Assembly: GCA_050701375.1 (NCBI GenBank)
Contig: JBOHFC010000266.1
Location: 1-57,036, forward strand
Direction: 5' to 3'
DNA length: 57,036 nt
Source: Pseudonocardiaceae bacterium
GTDB lineage: Bacteria; Actinomycetota; Actinomycetes; Mycobacteriales; Pseudonocardiaceae
In this document: positions 20,295 to 31,090 of the stretch, piece by piece
Numbering within the stretch: the first letter of the stretch is position 1
How the letters are laid out: each line of letters starts with the position of its first letter
Notes under the pieces: generated by a model
Database searches by the model: none
Seen by the model: only the letters and a program-made list of their open reading frames with translations
Told to the model about the DNA's origin: nothing
Position numbers and translations under genes: made by a program

Positions 20295-21422
20295 CTAAGA
20301 ACGGCGGCGTTCCCGGACCCATTCCGCCAATCCAATCCGCGCGCATGCCGCCCGCAGCTCGTCGAGGCCGAAAGCCTCGACCGGGCCCAGCGCACCGGTC
20401 CCTCGCAGACCCTCGTGGGCCGCCCGCGCACTGCCCCAGGCCAGCAAGGCGCCGGTGATTGAGTATCCGTTCGGCCCGCGTAAATGGCTTTCCGCGAGCT
20501 GACGCCCGGATCGGTCATATGCGAGGCCCACGACATGCGAGCGGATCGTGTCGACCGCGATCGGGTCGGGCCCGATCGACGACGAACCGGCGAGTCGCTC
20601 GCTGAGCCGCCGGAACGCCGGCCTGACGCCCGGAATCCTTGCCAGGAAAGGGAAAACAGCCGCCATCATGCTGAGCGGCCTGGTCGTCTCGCCGAACCAG
20701 CCGAGAAAGACGTTGACATCACGCAGCCCCGGATAACTACGTGGTAGGGCCAGGTGTTCGGACGCACCCAGCGACATTGCGAGCGCACGGCCGGTGGGCA
20801 GCGGAAACCGGCGGGTCCGGCCGCCAGCGGGCTCCTCCCGCAGGACACCATCCCGCCAGGCAAAGCCGGATTCCAGCAGGCAACCGACCAGCGAAGCGGC
20901 GGTACCGGGGGTCATCAGCTTCGGCCCCGGCTTTCCACCGGTGACGAAATAGCCGGTGTCTACGCGCACCGCGCCCGGCCCCGCGGCCTCCAGCGCCAGC
21001 GCGCCGGCCAGGTTGCCGGGCACGTAGTCATAGCCGAAGCCTGACACGAGCCCGGTACCGGCCCGCTCGGCGGCCGCCCCATAATGCTCAAAGACCCGGC
21101 GGATGAACGGCGCCTCGCCGCAGGAGTCGAAGTACCAGGCTCCGGCGTCTATCGCCGCCGTCACCGCTGCGTGCCCAAGCCGGTTGAACGGACCGACTGT
21201 GGAGACCAGCACGTCACCCCGGTTGAGCACAGATCGGAGCACGCCGGGTTCGATGACGTCGGCCCGCCGCGTTTCTAGATCGCCGAGCCGTTCGGCAAGA
21301 TCACCGAGCCGGGCGGTATCACGGCCCAGCAGGAGCGGACGTTCGCCTTGGCGCACCAACTGCTCGGCCGTGAGGCTGCCGGTGAACCCGGTGGCGCCGA
21401 GCAGCAGGATCCGTCCGGTCAC
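20295..21422 (-). CDS. saccharopine dehydrogenase-like NAD(P)-binding oxidoreductase
   Basis: ILLLGATGFTGSLTAEQLV N-terminal Rossmann motif with the Sacchrp_dh_NADP-like layout. GTG start at 21422. Confidence 0.75.
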   Translation of the reverse strand: MTGRILLLGATGFTGSLTAEQLVRQGERPLLLGRDTARLGDLAERLGDLETRRADVIEPGVLRSVLNRGDVLVSTVGPFNRLGHAAVTAAIDAGAWYFDSCGEAPFIRRVFEHYGAAAERAGTGLVSGFGYDYVPGNLAGALALEAAGPGAVRVDTGYFVTGGKPGPKLMTPGTAASLVGCLLESGFAWRDGVLREEPAGGRTRRFPLPTGRALAMSLGASEHLALPRSYPGLRDVNVFLGWFGETTRPLSMMAAVFPFLARIPGVRPAFRRLSERLAGSSSIGPDPIAVDTIRSHVVGLAYDRSGRQLAESHLRGPNGYSITGALLAWGSARAAHEGLRGTGALGPVEAFGLDELRAACARIGLAEWVRERRRS

Positions 21423-21597
21423 TGCTCCGTCCGCGAGACGTCAGTGAAAACAGCCTGTCCGACCCGTTGCCTGTTCTCCGCCACTTGCAAAAAATACTCC
21501 TCCTGGTCGTTGAGCAGTCGCCACCACTTGCCTGGCGGGGCACCAGATCCGCACTTGCGGGTCGATTTCCGGCACGGCGCAGGTTAGTTTTCCACAG

Positions 21598-22584
21598 GTG
21601 CGGTTCGGCATCAACATAGACGGTGGAGCCGGTTTCGACGAGTTCTTGGCCAAGATCCGGCAGGCACGGGAGGCCGGATTCCACAGTGCCTGGCTGCCCC
21701 AGAGCCCGGGAGGTGGTCCGCGAAACCACGGCAGAAACCGCGGAAACCCGCGACAGCGGCACATGCTGTTCGGCTACGACAGCCTGACCGCGCTGGCCAT
21801 CGCCGGCCAGCACGTCGATGGCATCGAACTGGGCACCAATATTGTGCCAATTTTTCCCCGCCACCCGATGGCGCTCGCCGAGCAGGCGCTCACCCTGCGC
21901 ACCGCCTACTCCGGACCAATGGTGCTCGGGGTCGGGGTGTCGCACCGACACGTCGTCGAGGATCAGTGGGGCTACCGCTACGACCGCACCGCACTGCGAA
22001 TGCGCGAATATCTGCACGTGCTCAACGAACTATTCAGCACCGGAGCGGTCGCCTTCGACGGCGAAACGGTCATCGCGCGGGGCTCGCTGACCATCCCGCC
22101 GACCGACCCGTTTCCGGTGCTGGTGGCCGCGCTTGGCCCGCGCATGATCGACGCGGCTGGAGAGCTCTCCGACGGCGCGATCACCTGGATGACCGGACAC
22201 CGCACGCTGGCCAGCCATGTGACCCCACGCTTGACCGCGGCGGCCACCCGTGCCGGACGCCCGGCACCACGGCTGATGGCGATGATGCCGGTCTGCGTGA
22301 CCAGCGAAGTGACGGCGGCCAGGAAACGTGCCCAGCGAGTTTACCTGATCTACCGGCTACTGCCCAACTATCGGGCGGTGCTCGACCGAGAGGGTGCCCA
22401 GGATAGCGCCGACATCGCCCTGATTGGCGACGAGGACGCGGTGGCCGCACAGGTGAAACGGCTAGCCGAGTCCGGGGTCACCGACTTAGCCGGCATGCTC
22501 TTTGGTCCGGAAGAGGACCAGGCCAGGACCCGCGCGCTACTGGCAGATCTGTCCGGGTCCTCAGATCGGGGGACATCGGGTTGA
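21598..22584 (+). CDS. LLM-class (luciferase-like) F420-dependent oxidoreductase
   Basis: MRFGINI....FDEF...I..A.EAGFHSAW......GYDSLTALAIAG....IELGTNIVPIFPRHPMALAEQA is typical of the F420-dependent LLM family. It carries a low-complexity insertion (see findings). Confidence 0.85.
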   Translation: MRFGINIDGGAGFDEFLAKIRQAREAGFHSAWLPQSPGGGPRNHGRNRGNPRQRHMLFGYDSLTALAIAGQHVDGIELGTNIVPIFPRHPMALAEQALTLRTAYSGPMVLGVGVSHRHVVEDQWGYRYDRTALRMREYLHVLNELFSTGAVAFDGETVIARGSLTIPPTDPFPVLVAALGPRMIDAAGELSDGAITWMTGHRTLASHVTPRLTAAATRAGRPAPRLMAMMPVCVTSEVTAARKRAQRVYLIYRLLPNYRAVLDREGAQDSADIALIGDEDAVAAQVKRLAESGVTDLAGMLFGPEEDQARTRALLADLSGSSDRGTSG

Positions 22585-22764
22585 AGAGAGCGAGGAATGG
22601 TTGCTGTCGGGCTCGAACGTGACGGATCGGTCTACGGGGGACTCGCCTTCGTGATCGCCTTCCACCCAGATGGAGGAAGTGCCGGTAGGCGCGGAGGACG
22701 GCACTGTCGAGGTTGCGGCGGGAAGTGCGCTGAATAACTAGCCGATCAGGAAGGTTGCGAGGCA

Positions 22765-23487
22765 ATGATATCCAAGATCGCCGCGCCGTCGTCGATGTGT
22801 TGCGCGGAAAGGGCTGGTTTGAGCGATCCTTCGAAGTTTGCTCGACTTGCCACGTCTGGGGACTCTCCTCCCATGAGCTCGATGCTTGACTTCGATGAAG
22901 CCAGGACGGGGGTGCACGTTCGGAAGGATCGGTTGCTCCTACCGGATGAGATGCCGTTCGAGGCATGGCGTGAGCTCGGGTCCCGGGTCGCCTTGATCGC
23001 GAATTGCTCCGCCTGGTGGCTCGGCGACTGGCTCCTCTACGGCGAGCAGAACTACGGTGCTCGTTACGAGCAGGCAGTCGCCGATACCTCGTTGAGCTAT
23101 CAGACCTTACGGAACTACGCCTGGGTGGCGAGGACATTTCCCGTGTCTCGTCGACGGGACACGCTACGCTTCGGTCACCACGTCGAAGTGGCCGCGTTGC
23201 CCGAGGACGAGCAGGACATATGGTTAGCCCGGGCTGAACAGTTGGCTTGGTCTTGCAACAAGCTACGGCGAGCATTGCGGGCGGCCAAGCTGGCCAACCA
23301 GCGAGCATCCATCGACGACGGGACAACCCAGATCAGGGTAGTGAAGATTGACGTGCCGGCCGAGCGACACGACCGTTGGCGGTCCGCTGCCGCGCAGCAA
23401 CATCGTTCTGTGGCAGACTGGGTCATCGAGACACTCGACCATGTAGCAAGCGAGGAATTGAGTACACGAGACAACATGGCGCGATAA
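22765..23487 (+). CDS. LmbU-like cluster-situated transcriptional regulator
   Basis: AWWLGDWLLYGEQNYGARYEQA.....LSYQTLRNYAWVARTFPVSRRR..LRFGHHVEVAAL....Q..WL.RAEQ..WS.NKLR resembles the LmbU/NovE/HmtD regulator family as I remember it. It contains two TTA codons. Confidence 0.65.
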   Translation: MISKIAAPSSMCCAERAGLSDPSKFARLATSGDSPPMSSMLDFDEARTGVHVRKDRLLLPDEMPFEAWRELGSRVALIANCSAWWLGDWLLYGEQNYGARYEQAVADTSLSYQTLRNYAWVARTFPVSRRRDTLRFGHHVEVAALPEDEQDIWLARAEQLAWSCNKLRRALRAAKLANQRASIDDGTTQIRVVKIDVPAERHDRWRSAAAQQHRSVADWVIETLDHVASEELSTRDNMAR

Positions 23488-24081
23488 GCCTTGCCTGACA
23501 ATTGATATCTCAGGCACCGCTGGTGCTGGAACCGACCGGGATCAATGAAGATCTCCCACACAGCTCGTTATTGTCGGTCACGATACCGTCCGCTGGCGTA
23601 GACGGGAAGCCTGCGTGCTGTGACTTGCGGACAAAATGCACGCGCCTCGGCTGGTCGACCTCTCCGGTGCGATCGGCAACGATATGAGTAATTGGCCAAT
23701 CCAGTTGGTGCAGTCTGTCCATAGCATCTCCTCGCTGTATGAACCACCCAAGATCCTTGATTGACAGGCCGAGGATGACAGCGCCGCACTCGGGTCTTTG
23801 CTTCGGCAAACTTCATGTCAGCGTTGACACATTGGTCAGGGTCGATTATGTTCGAGCCTGCTCGATATGTGTTCCTATCGTGTAAGTGAAGAAGGTTGAC
23901 GGTGAACATTCTCATCCGATGACCGAGCTGCTCATCTTATGTGAGTTTACGCTGCCCGTGCAAGCATCGTTGAGCCTCGACAATCAGGTAATAACCGTGA
24001 GTCGACAAAGTTGATCTTGAATCGTCAGGAACTGAAGCGGCCCATTTCTCTGGCATCGCGGCCACTGAGGGTTCGAGGATG

Positions 24082-24119
24082 CGTATGTCGTCGGCGCAGC
24101 TGTGCAGCTGCGACATACG
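24082..24119. promoter_or_regulatory. Imperfect stem-loop / dyad in the AT-rich P450 upstream region
   Basis: cgtatgtcg-tcgg-CGCAGCTG-tg-CAGCTGCG-acatacg has an 8-bp inner stem, a 6-bp outer stem and one bulge. It sits about 105 nt upstream of ATG 24226. Confidence 0.3.
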
Positions 24120-24225
24120 TCATCGACACGCCAAGAAAACATGCTGTAACGGTTCCAGAGCGAAACCAGCTGTGACTTAAGAGGGGTCGCCGACATCCAG
24201 CAAACGATCATTAAGGAGGGGACAT

Positions 24226-25455
24226 ATGCCTGACTCGACCGCCACGACTAGCCGGCCCGGTTTCCACTTCGACCCGAGCGCGGCGGGATTCGATGTCGAC
24301 CCATTTCCGACCTATGCCTACATGCGGGAGCACGAACCGGTTTACTGGTGGCCGCAGCAACAGGGCTGGATCGTGACCCGGTACGACGACGTGGTCATGC
24401 TGCTCAAGGACCCCCGGTTCAGTGTCGAGTTCCGGTATTACGGCCCGGACGAGCTGCCCGATGACCAGCTCAACCCGCACCAGTTGCTGACCAGGTACGG
24501 CATGTTCTGGATGTCCGACGAGAACCACGACCGGGTCCGCGCGACCGCCGCGCCCCTCTTCGGGGCCAGATCCGTCGCGGCATTGCGGCCACAGGTCCAG
24601 AGCGTCGTCGACGACATTCTGCACGATGCGGAGGGACGCGCGGACTTCGATATCGTCATGGATTTCATTCTCGGCTATCCGGCGCAGGCCATCACCACAC
24701 TGCTGGGCATTTCGGGCGAACGGCGTAAGGAGTTCCTGCGGTTCGCCAGCTCGATACTCGACGCGTTCTACCCGCCGATCGACCTGGCCGGCTACGACGA
24801 GAGGATCTCGTACCTGCCGCAGGGCGTGGCGCTGGTCGACGAGCTGATCGAGCAGGACTGCCTGCGCCCGCGCGGCGGCCTGCTGACCAGGCTGATCGAC
24901 GCCGGGCGCGACGATCGCGGGCTCAGCCGCAAGGAACTGCTGGGCATGGTCGCGGTCATCATCTCGGCGGGCAGCGAGCCGACCCGTCACCTGGCGAGCT
25001 TCACCCTGTACAACCTGCTGCGCCATCCCGACCAGCTGCGCATCCTACGTGCCGAGCCGCGCCTGCTGGGCAACGCGGTAAACGAGGTTGGCCGGTACGA
25101 CAGCATGGGCAAGCTGAACTTTCCCCGGTTCCCTCGGCAGGACGTCGAGATCCGCGGAGTGACCGTCCGGGCGGAGCAGCCAGTGTACGGCGTGTTCGCC
25201 AGTGCGCAGCGTGATCCGGCGGTCTTCCCCGACCCGGACCGCTTCGACATCCGTCGCGACCTTCGGCGCAGCCTGCTATGGAGCCAGGGACCGCACAACT
25301 GCCTTGGCCACGCGCTGGCGCAGCTGATCGTCGAGGTGGCGGTAGAGACCTTCCTGCGCCGGTTCCCCCGCGCCCGGCTGCGCGGTGGCCCCGTCTACAC
25401 GCGGGACACCTTTTTCCGCAAGATGATCTCGCTGCCGGTCGACTTGGCGGGATGA
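24226..25455 (+). CDS. cytochrome P450
   Basis: ExxR and Cys pocket WSQGPHNCLGHALA. An AAGGAGGGG RBS lies 5 nt upstream of the ATG. Confidence 0.95.
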   Translation: MPDSTATTSRPGFHFDPSAAGFDVDPFPTYAYMREHEPVYWWPQQQGWIVTRYDDVVMLLKDPRFSVEFRYYGPDELPDDQLNPHQLLTRYGMFWMSDENHDRVRATAAPLFGARSVAALRPQVQSVVDDILHDAEGRADFDIVMDFILGYPAQAITTLLGISGERRKEFLRFASSILDAFYPPIDLAGYDERISYLPQGVALVDELIEQDCLRPRGGLLTRLIDAGRDDRGLSRKELLGMVAVIISAGSEPTRHLASFTLYNLLRHPDQLRILRAEPRLLGNAVNEVGRYDSMGKLNFPRFPRQDVEIRGVTVRAEQPVYGVFASAQRDPAVFPDPDRFDIRRDLRRSLLWSQGPHNCLGHALAQLIVEVAVETFLRRFPRARLRGGPVYTRDTFFRKMISLPVDLAG

Positions 25456-27983
25456 CCGGCATGCCTGAGAACGAGTCCCCGGGTCGAAAGTCGAGCCGCA
25501 AGGCCGTTGTCGTGGGCGCTGGCCCGGTCGGATGCCTCACGGCCCTCGTGCTGAGCAGGCGTAGCTATACCGTCGAGGTGTACGAGAAGCGGCCGCACTT
25601 CCTCCGCCGAGGCATCGTGGAGCAAGGCCGCACTGTCAACCTGTCTCTGTCCCCCAGGGGTCTGCACGCGCTGGCCGCGTACGGTCTGGATGCCGAGTTC
25701 GCTGGGGCCGCCGTCCCGATGGACAGGCGTGCGTTCCACGGCGTCGACGGCCGACCGCTGACAACGAGGTACGGCGCCCCGGACTGGCACACGTACTCGA
25801 TCGGCCGTAACGACCTCAACCTGATGCTCATGCGCGCGGCGGAACGGGTACCTTCGGTCCGGTTCACGTTCGACGCGAAGTGCACGGACGTCGGTTTCAT
25901 GGACCGCACAGCCACATTCGACATCGCCGACCGAGGCCGGAGACGGGTCGGTTACGACCTGCTCGCCGGAGCAGACGGCGCCTATTCGGCGGTGCGCCGG
26001 CGAATGGCCGCCGCCGGGCTGACCACCTTCACGGTACGGGAGCTGGAATCCACCTACCGCGAACTTGTGCTCCGCCCGGCGGCGGACGACGCGGACCTGA
26101 CCCGCTCAGCGATCCATGTCTGGCCACGCGGCAGGTTCTTCATGGTCGCACTGCCCAACCGCGACGGTTCCCTGCGCGCCACACTCGTACTGCCGTCTGA
26201 GGCCCCGGACAGCAATATCCAGCTGCGCCACCGTGATGACCTCGATCGGTTCTTCCAACGGTATTTCCCGGACGCCGCAGGGATCCTGGACAACGTCGGG
26301 GACGGACTGCCCCCGGTCAACCGCATCTCCGTCGTGTCCTGCAGCCAGCTTTCCCATGCGGACTCCGTGCTGCTGCTGGGCGACGCCGCACACACCCTGG
26401 CTCCGTTCCTGGGACAGGGCGTCAACGTCGGGCTGGAGGACTGCCTCTCTCTCGGTGTGCTGCTGGAGAAGTACCGCGACGACCAGCGCCTGGCGATGGC
26501 GGAGTACGAGCGGGAGCGACGCGCCGAGGGCGAGGCGGCAGCCACTCTCTCGCTGTCCAACTACGTAGAACTCAGTGGCACGGCCGGTGAGCATGCCCTG
26601 CCGTCCGATTCCCCGGCCACCGCGGACCACGGCTTGCCCGCGGCAACGTGGATCGAATTCCCCCTCGCCGTGATGGTGAACTTCCTCGGCCTGTCCTACC
26701 GGGAAGTCCTCGACAGGGGCCGCGCTGCGGCGCACCACCCTCCGGTCGAAGGCGGCAGAAAGGTAGGGGCTGTGACCGACGACCGTACCCCCGCCCAAAT
26801 CATGCACTGGCAAGACGACCGGACCGACGCACGCGGGTGGCTGGTCATCGACCGCCTTCTCAACGGTGTCTCCGGCGGCGGGCTGTTCATGCACCCGGGG
26901 GCGACCTACGAGGAGGTCGCGGATCTGGCCACCACTATGTCATTAAAGAACACCATCCAGGAGCCGCAGTTCGGCGGCGGCAAGGGCGGGATCCGGTTCG
27001 ATCCGCACTCACCGGCCGCGGTCGGGGTGCTGCGCCGGTTCATGCTGGCACACCGGGAGGTGATCGAGCACCAGTGGAGCACCGGTGGGGACCTCTACAC
27101 CAGCAACGAGGTGATCGAACGGATCGCCCGCGAGGACCTGGGGCTGCCGTCCGCATTCGTGGCACTCGCCACCATGCTCAGCCGGCGCTATGACATCCCC
27201 TCCCAGGCGGTGACCATGTCCAACCGGATCGCCACGCCGTGGAACGAGTACTTCTCCCTGGGGGAGGCAGCAACCGGGCACTCCGTCGCCGAGTCCGTCC
27301 GGGTGGTAGCGGCGGACCGGCCGCGGGTCGTCGTCCAGGGCTTCGGGACCGTCGGCTCCAGCCTGGCGCACTTCCTCACCGTGTCGGGCATCGGCACTGT
27401 CGCCGGGATCTGTGAGCAGGACGGCTGGCTGTATTGCCCGGACGGCATCGACGTGGCGAAGCTGCTGCGGCGCAGGGCATCAGTCCGACACAAGCAGCCC
27501 GCGTTCGCCCGGCTGCTCGGGACTGACCTGCCCCGGGGTTGGCACTGGACACCTCGCCGCCCAGGACAGACCGATGAGGACATGCTGACCGAGCTTACCG
27601 CGGCGACCCGCGCGGACGTTATCAGTCCTTGCGCAACAAGGTATGCGCTGACCCGTACGGTGCTGGAGGCGTTCGCCGACAGCGGCGGCAGGTACGTCGT
27701 CTGCGGCGCGAACAACGCACTGGCCTCGGCCGCGCTCGCCGAGGAGTTCGGCCGACGTGGTGTGATCGTCGTACCCGACTGGGTCTCCAACGCCGGCACC
27801 GCCATCCTCTTCGCCGAGATCCTCAAGACCCCGGTCTGGCAGGACGGGACCAAGGACCGGATCTTCGCCACGATCACCGAACGCATCACACGGTTTCTCA
27901 GCAACAACGGGCCGGCCGTCGGTTTCGACGTGCCCGCGGCGGCCGGCCGCGGCGAACACACCGGGAGTGGGGTAGGACCTTGA
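25452..27983 (+). CDS. Fusion protein: KMO/VioC-like FAD monooxygenase (N) joined to Glu/Leu/Phe/Val-type amino-acid dehydrogenase (C)
   Basis: ATG 25452 overlaps the P450 stop (ATGA). N-domain: VVVGAGPVGC, DLLAGADGAYSAVR, LLLGDAAHTLAPFLGQGVNVGLED. C-domain: QFGGGKGGIRFD catalytic-Lys loop and VVVQGFGTVGS NAD(P) fold. The frame is continuous. Confidence 0.85.
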   Translation: MTGMPENESPGRKSSRKAVVVGAGPVGCLTALVLSRRSYTVEVYEKRPHFLRRGIVEQGRTVNLSLSPRGLHALAAYGLDAEFAGAAVPMDRRAFHGVDGRPLTTRYGAPDWHTYSIGRNDLNLMLMRAAERVPSVRFTFDAKCTDVGFMDRTATFDIADRGRRRVGYDLLAGADGAYSAVRRRMAAAGLTTFTVRELESTYRELVLRPAADDADLTRSAIHVWPRGRFFMVALPNRDGSLRATLVLPSEAPDSNIQLRHRDDLDRFFQRYFPDAAGILDNVGDGLPPVNRISVVSCSQLSHADSVLLLGDAAHTLAPFLGQGVNVGLEDCLSLGVLLEKYRDDQRLAMAEYERERRAEGEAAATLSLSNYVELSGTAGEHALPSDSPATADHGLPAATWIEFPLAVMVNFLGLSYREVLDRGRAAAHHPPVEGGRKVGAVTDDRTPAQIMHWQDDRTDARGWLVIDRLLNGVSGGGLFMHPGATYEEVADLATTMSLKNTIQEPQFGGGKGGIRFDPHSPAAVGVLRRFMLAHREVIEHQWSTGGDLYTSNEVIERIAREDLGLPSAFVALATMLSRRYDIPSQAVTMSNRIATPWNEYFSLGEAATGHSVAESVRVVAADRPRVVVQGFGTVGSSLAHFLTVSGIGTVAGICEQDGWLYCPDGIDVAKLLRRRASVRHKQPAFARLLGTDLPRGWHWTPRRPGQTDEDMLTELTAATRADVISPCATRYALTRTVLEAFADSGGRYVVCGANNALASAALAEEFGRRGVIVVPDWVSNAGTAILFAEILKTPVWQDGTKDRIFATITERITRFLSNNGPAVGFDVPAAAGRGEHTGSGVGP

Positions 27984-28840
27984 TCCGCAAGAACAGGACG
28001 CTGGAACTGATCAGGTGCGGCGAGCCCGCGGTCGGTACCTGGCTGCAGCTGCACAGCGTGCACGCCGCGCGGCTGCTGGTGGCACAGGGCTTTCACCGGT
28101 GGATGCTGGTTGACTTCGAGCACACACCGGTCGACCACACCACCGCCACGCACATCTTTGCCACCATCTCCGACCTCAGCCGCGGCGAGATCACCCCGCT
28201 GGCGCGGGTGGCGGCCGGTTCGATCGAGCACATCAAGCAGGCGCTGGACGCGGGTAGCCAGGGCGTTATCGTGCCCATGGTCAACACCGCGCGGGAGGCG
28301 GAGGCCGCCGTCCGGTACGCCCGGTTCCCACCTATCGGGGTGCGCGGAGCCGGCGGACTGGCGCCGCACCTGGGATTCGGCGTCAACCGGCCGACCTACC
28401 TGGCCGAGGTGAACCGGGAGACCCTGGTCGGTGTGCAGATCGAGGCGGTGGAAGGGTTGGCCAACGTCCGCGAGATCGCCGCGGTCGACGGCGTCGACCT
28501 GGTCTTCGTGGGGCCGTTCGATCTGCACATGGCACTCGAGCTGCCATCAAGGGTATGGAGCACCGATCCGGACTTCCTGCGGGCGGTGCAGGAGATCACC
28601 CTCGCGGCCAAGGAAGCCGGCAAACCGCTGGGCACCCTGTGCGCCGAGGCGAAGGGCGCGCGGGAACGGCTCAGCGAGGGATTCACCTTCGTCGGGATGG
28701 CCAGCGACGCGCACGTGATGCTGACCTATGCCGGCCGCCAGTACGGCGAGTTGTACGGGATCAATGAGCCGGAGGAGACCTGGTGCAACGTGTCCAACCT
28801 GGACCGTCTGTCGGACTCACTCCGCGGTCTGCCGCGCTAG
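27980..28840 (+). CDS. HpcH/HpaI-family class II (divalent-metal) 2-oxo-acid aldolase
   Basis: G.W......HAARLLVAQGF.WMLVDFEH.P.D......I......G.ITPLARV......IKQALDAGSQGVIVPMVNT..EA.AAVRYARFPP.G.RG. The start is called at TTG 27980 (TTGA overlap with the upstream stop), so the exact start is uncertain. Confidence 0.85.
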   Translation: MIRKNRTLELIRCGEPAVGTWLQLHSVHAARLLVAQGFHRWMLVDFEHTPVDHTTATHIFATISDLSRGEITPLARVAAGSIEHIKQALDAGSQGVIVPMVNTAREAEAAVRYARFPPIGVRGAGGLAPHLGFGVNRPTYLAEVNRETLVGVQIEAVEGLANVREIAAVDGVDLVFVGPFDLHMALELPSRVWSTDPDFLRAVQEITLAAKEAGKPLGTLCAEAKGARERLSEGFTFVGMASDAHVMLTYAGRQYGELYGINEPEETWCNVSNLDRLSDSLRGLPR

Positions 28841-30424
<1,584 letters not shown>

Positions 30425-30483
30425 GCCGGCGGTGCCGGGCTCGTGCTTGGTCCGGCACCCAGACCACGCAGGGAAGGGGTCGC

Positions 30484-31080
30484 ATGACGACGAACCCGCG
30501 CTCCGGACAGTCCGTCACCAGGTGCAGTCCATCGCAGATGCGGGCCATGATGGCGGGCTTCCCGACCGGCGTCAGCATCGTGACGGCGATGGAGCCCGCC
30601 GGACCGCCCAGAGGCATGACGTGCTCCTCGCTGTGCAGCGTCACGCTGACGCCGCCCACGCTCCTGATCTGTCTACGGGGGCAGAGCCCCACCCTGTATG
30701 CCATCCGGACCAGCGGGACGTTCGCCGTGAACCTCCTTCACGCCGAGGCCCGCGCGACAGCCCAGCTGTTCGCCTCCAGTGCGGTAGACAGGTTCGACCG
30801 GGTGCTGTGGCATGCGGACCCGGACAGTGCGGGCCCGCACCTCCCGCAGGACGCGCACCTCGTCGGCGACTGCCGTGTCATCGACGTCCAGTTCGTCGGT
30901 GACCACGCCGTCGTGTTCGGCGAGGTCGTGCGGGTCATCCAAGGACAGACACAACCGCCGCTGCTCTACGGACTTCGGCACTACGCGACCTGGCACGCAT
31001 CCGTCATGCACGACGACGTCGACTCGAGCGAGCGAGCCGCATCCACCTGCCCTGCCGCAGCACTCCGCCTGGAACGTTGA
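30484..31080 (+). CDS. NAD(P)H:flavin reductase (halogenase partner, RebF/PrnF-like)
   Basis: MAGFPTGVSIVTA....GPPRGMTCSSLCSVTL.PPTLLICL is a flavin_reduct domain signature. Confidence 0.9.
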   Translation: MTTNPRSGQSVTRCSPSQMRAMMAGFPTGVSIVTAMEPAGPPRGMTCSSLCSVTLTPPTLLICLRGQSPTLYAIRTSGTFAVNLLHAEARATAQLFASSAVDRFDRVLWHADPDSAGPHLPQDAHLVGDCRVIDVQFVGDHAVVFGEVVRVIQGQTQPPLLYGLRHYATWHASVMHDDVDSSERAASTCPAAALRLER

Positions 31081-31090
31081 GGAGCAGACG

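Noticed and set aside
23840-23870. Possible tRNA T-arm-like sequence (gttcgagcc) in the AT-rich gap
   Set aside because: The flanking bases do not form a T-stem or an acceptor stem. No cloverleaf could be drawn.
27188-28528. 446-aa minus-strand ORF
   Set aside because: It is antisense to the dehydrogenase domain and the aldolase gene. The composition is low-complexity, Arg/Pro/Gly-rich, with no motifs.
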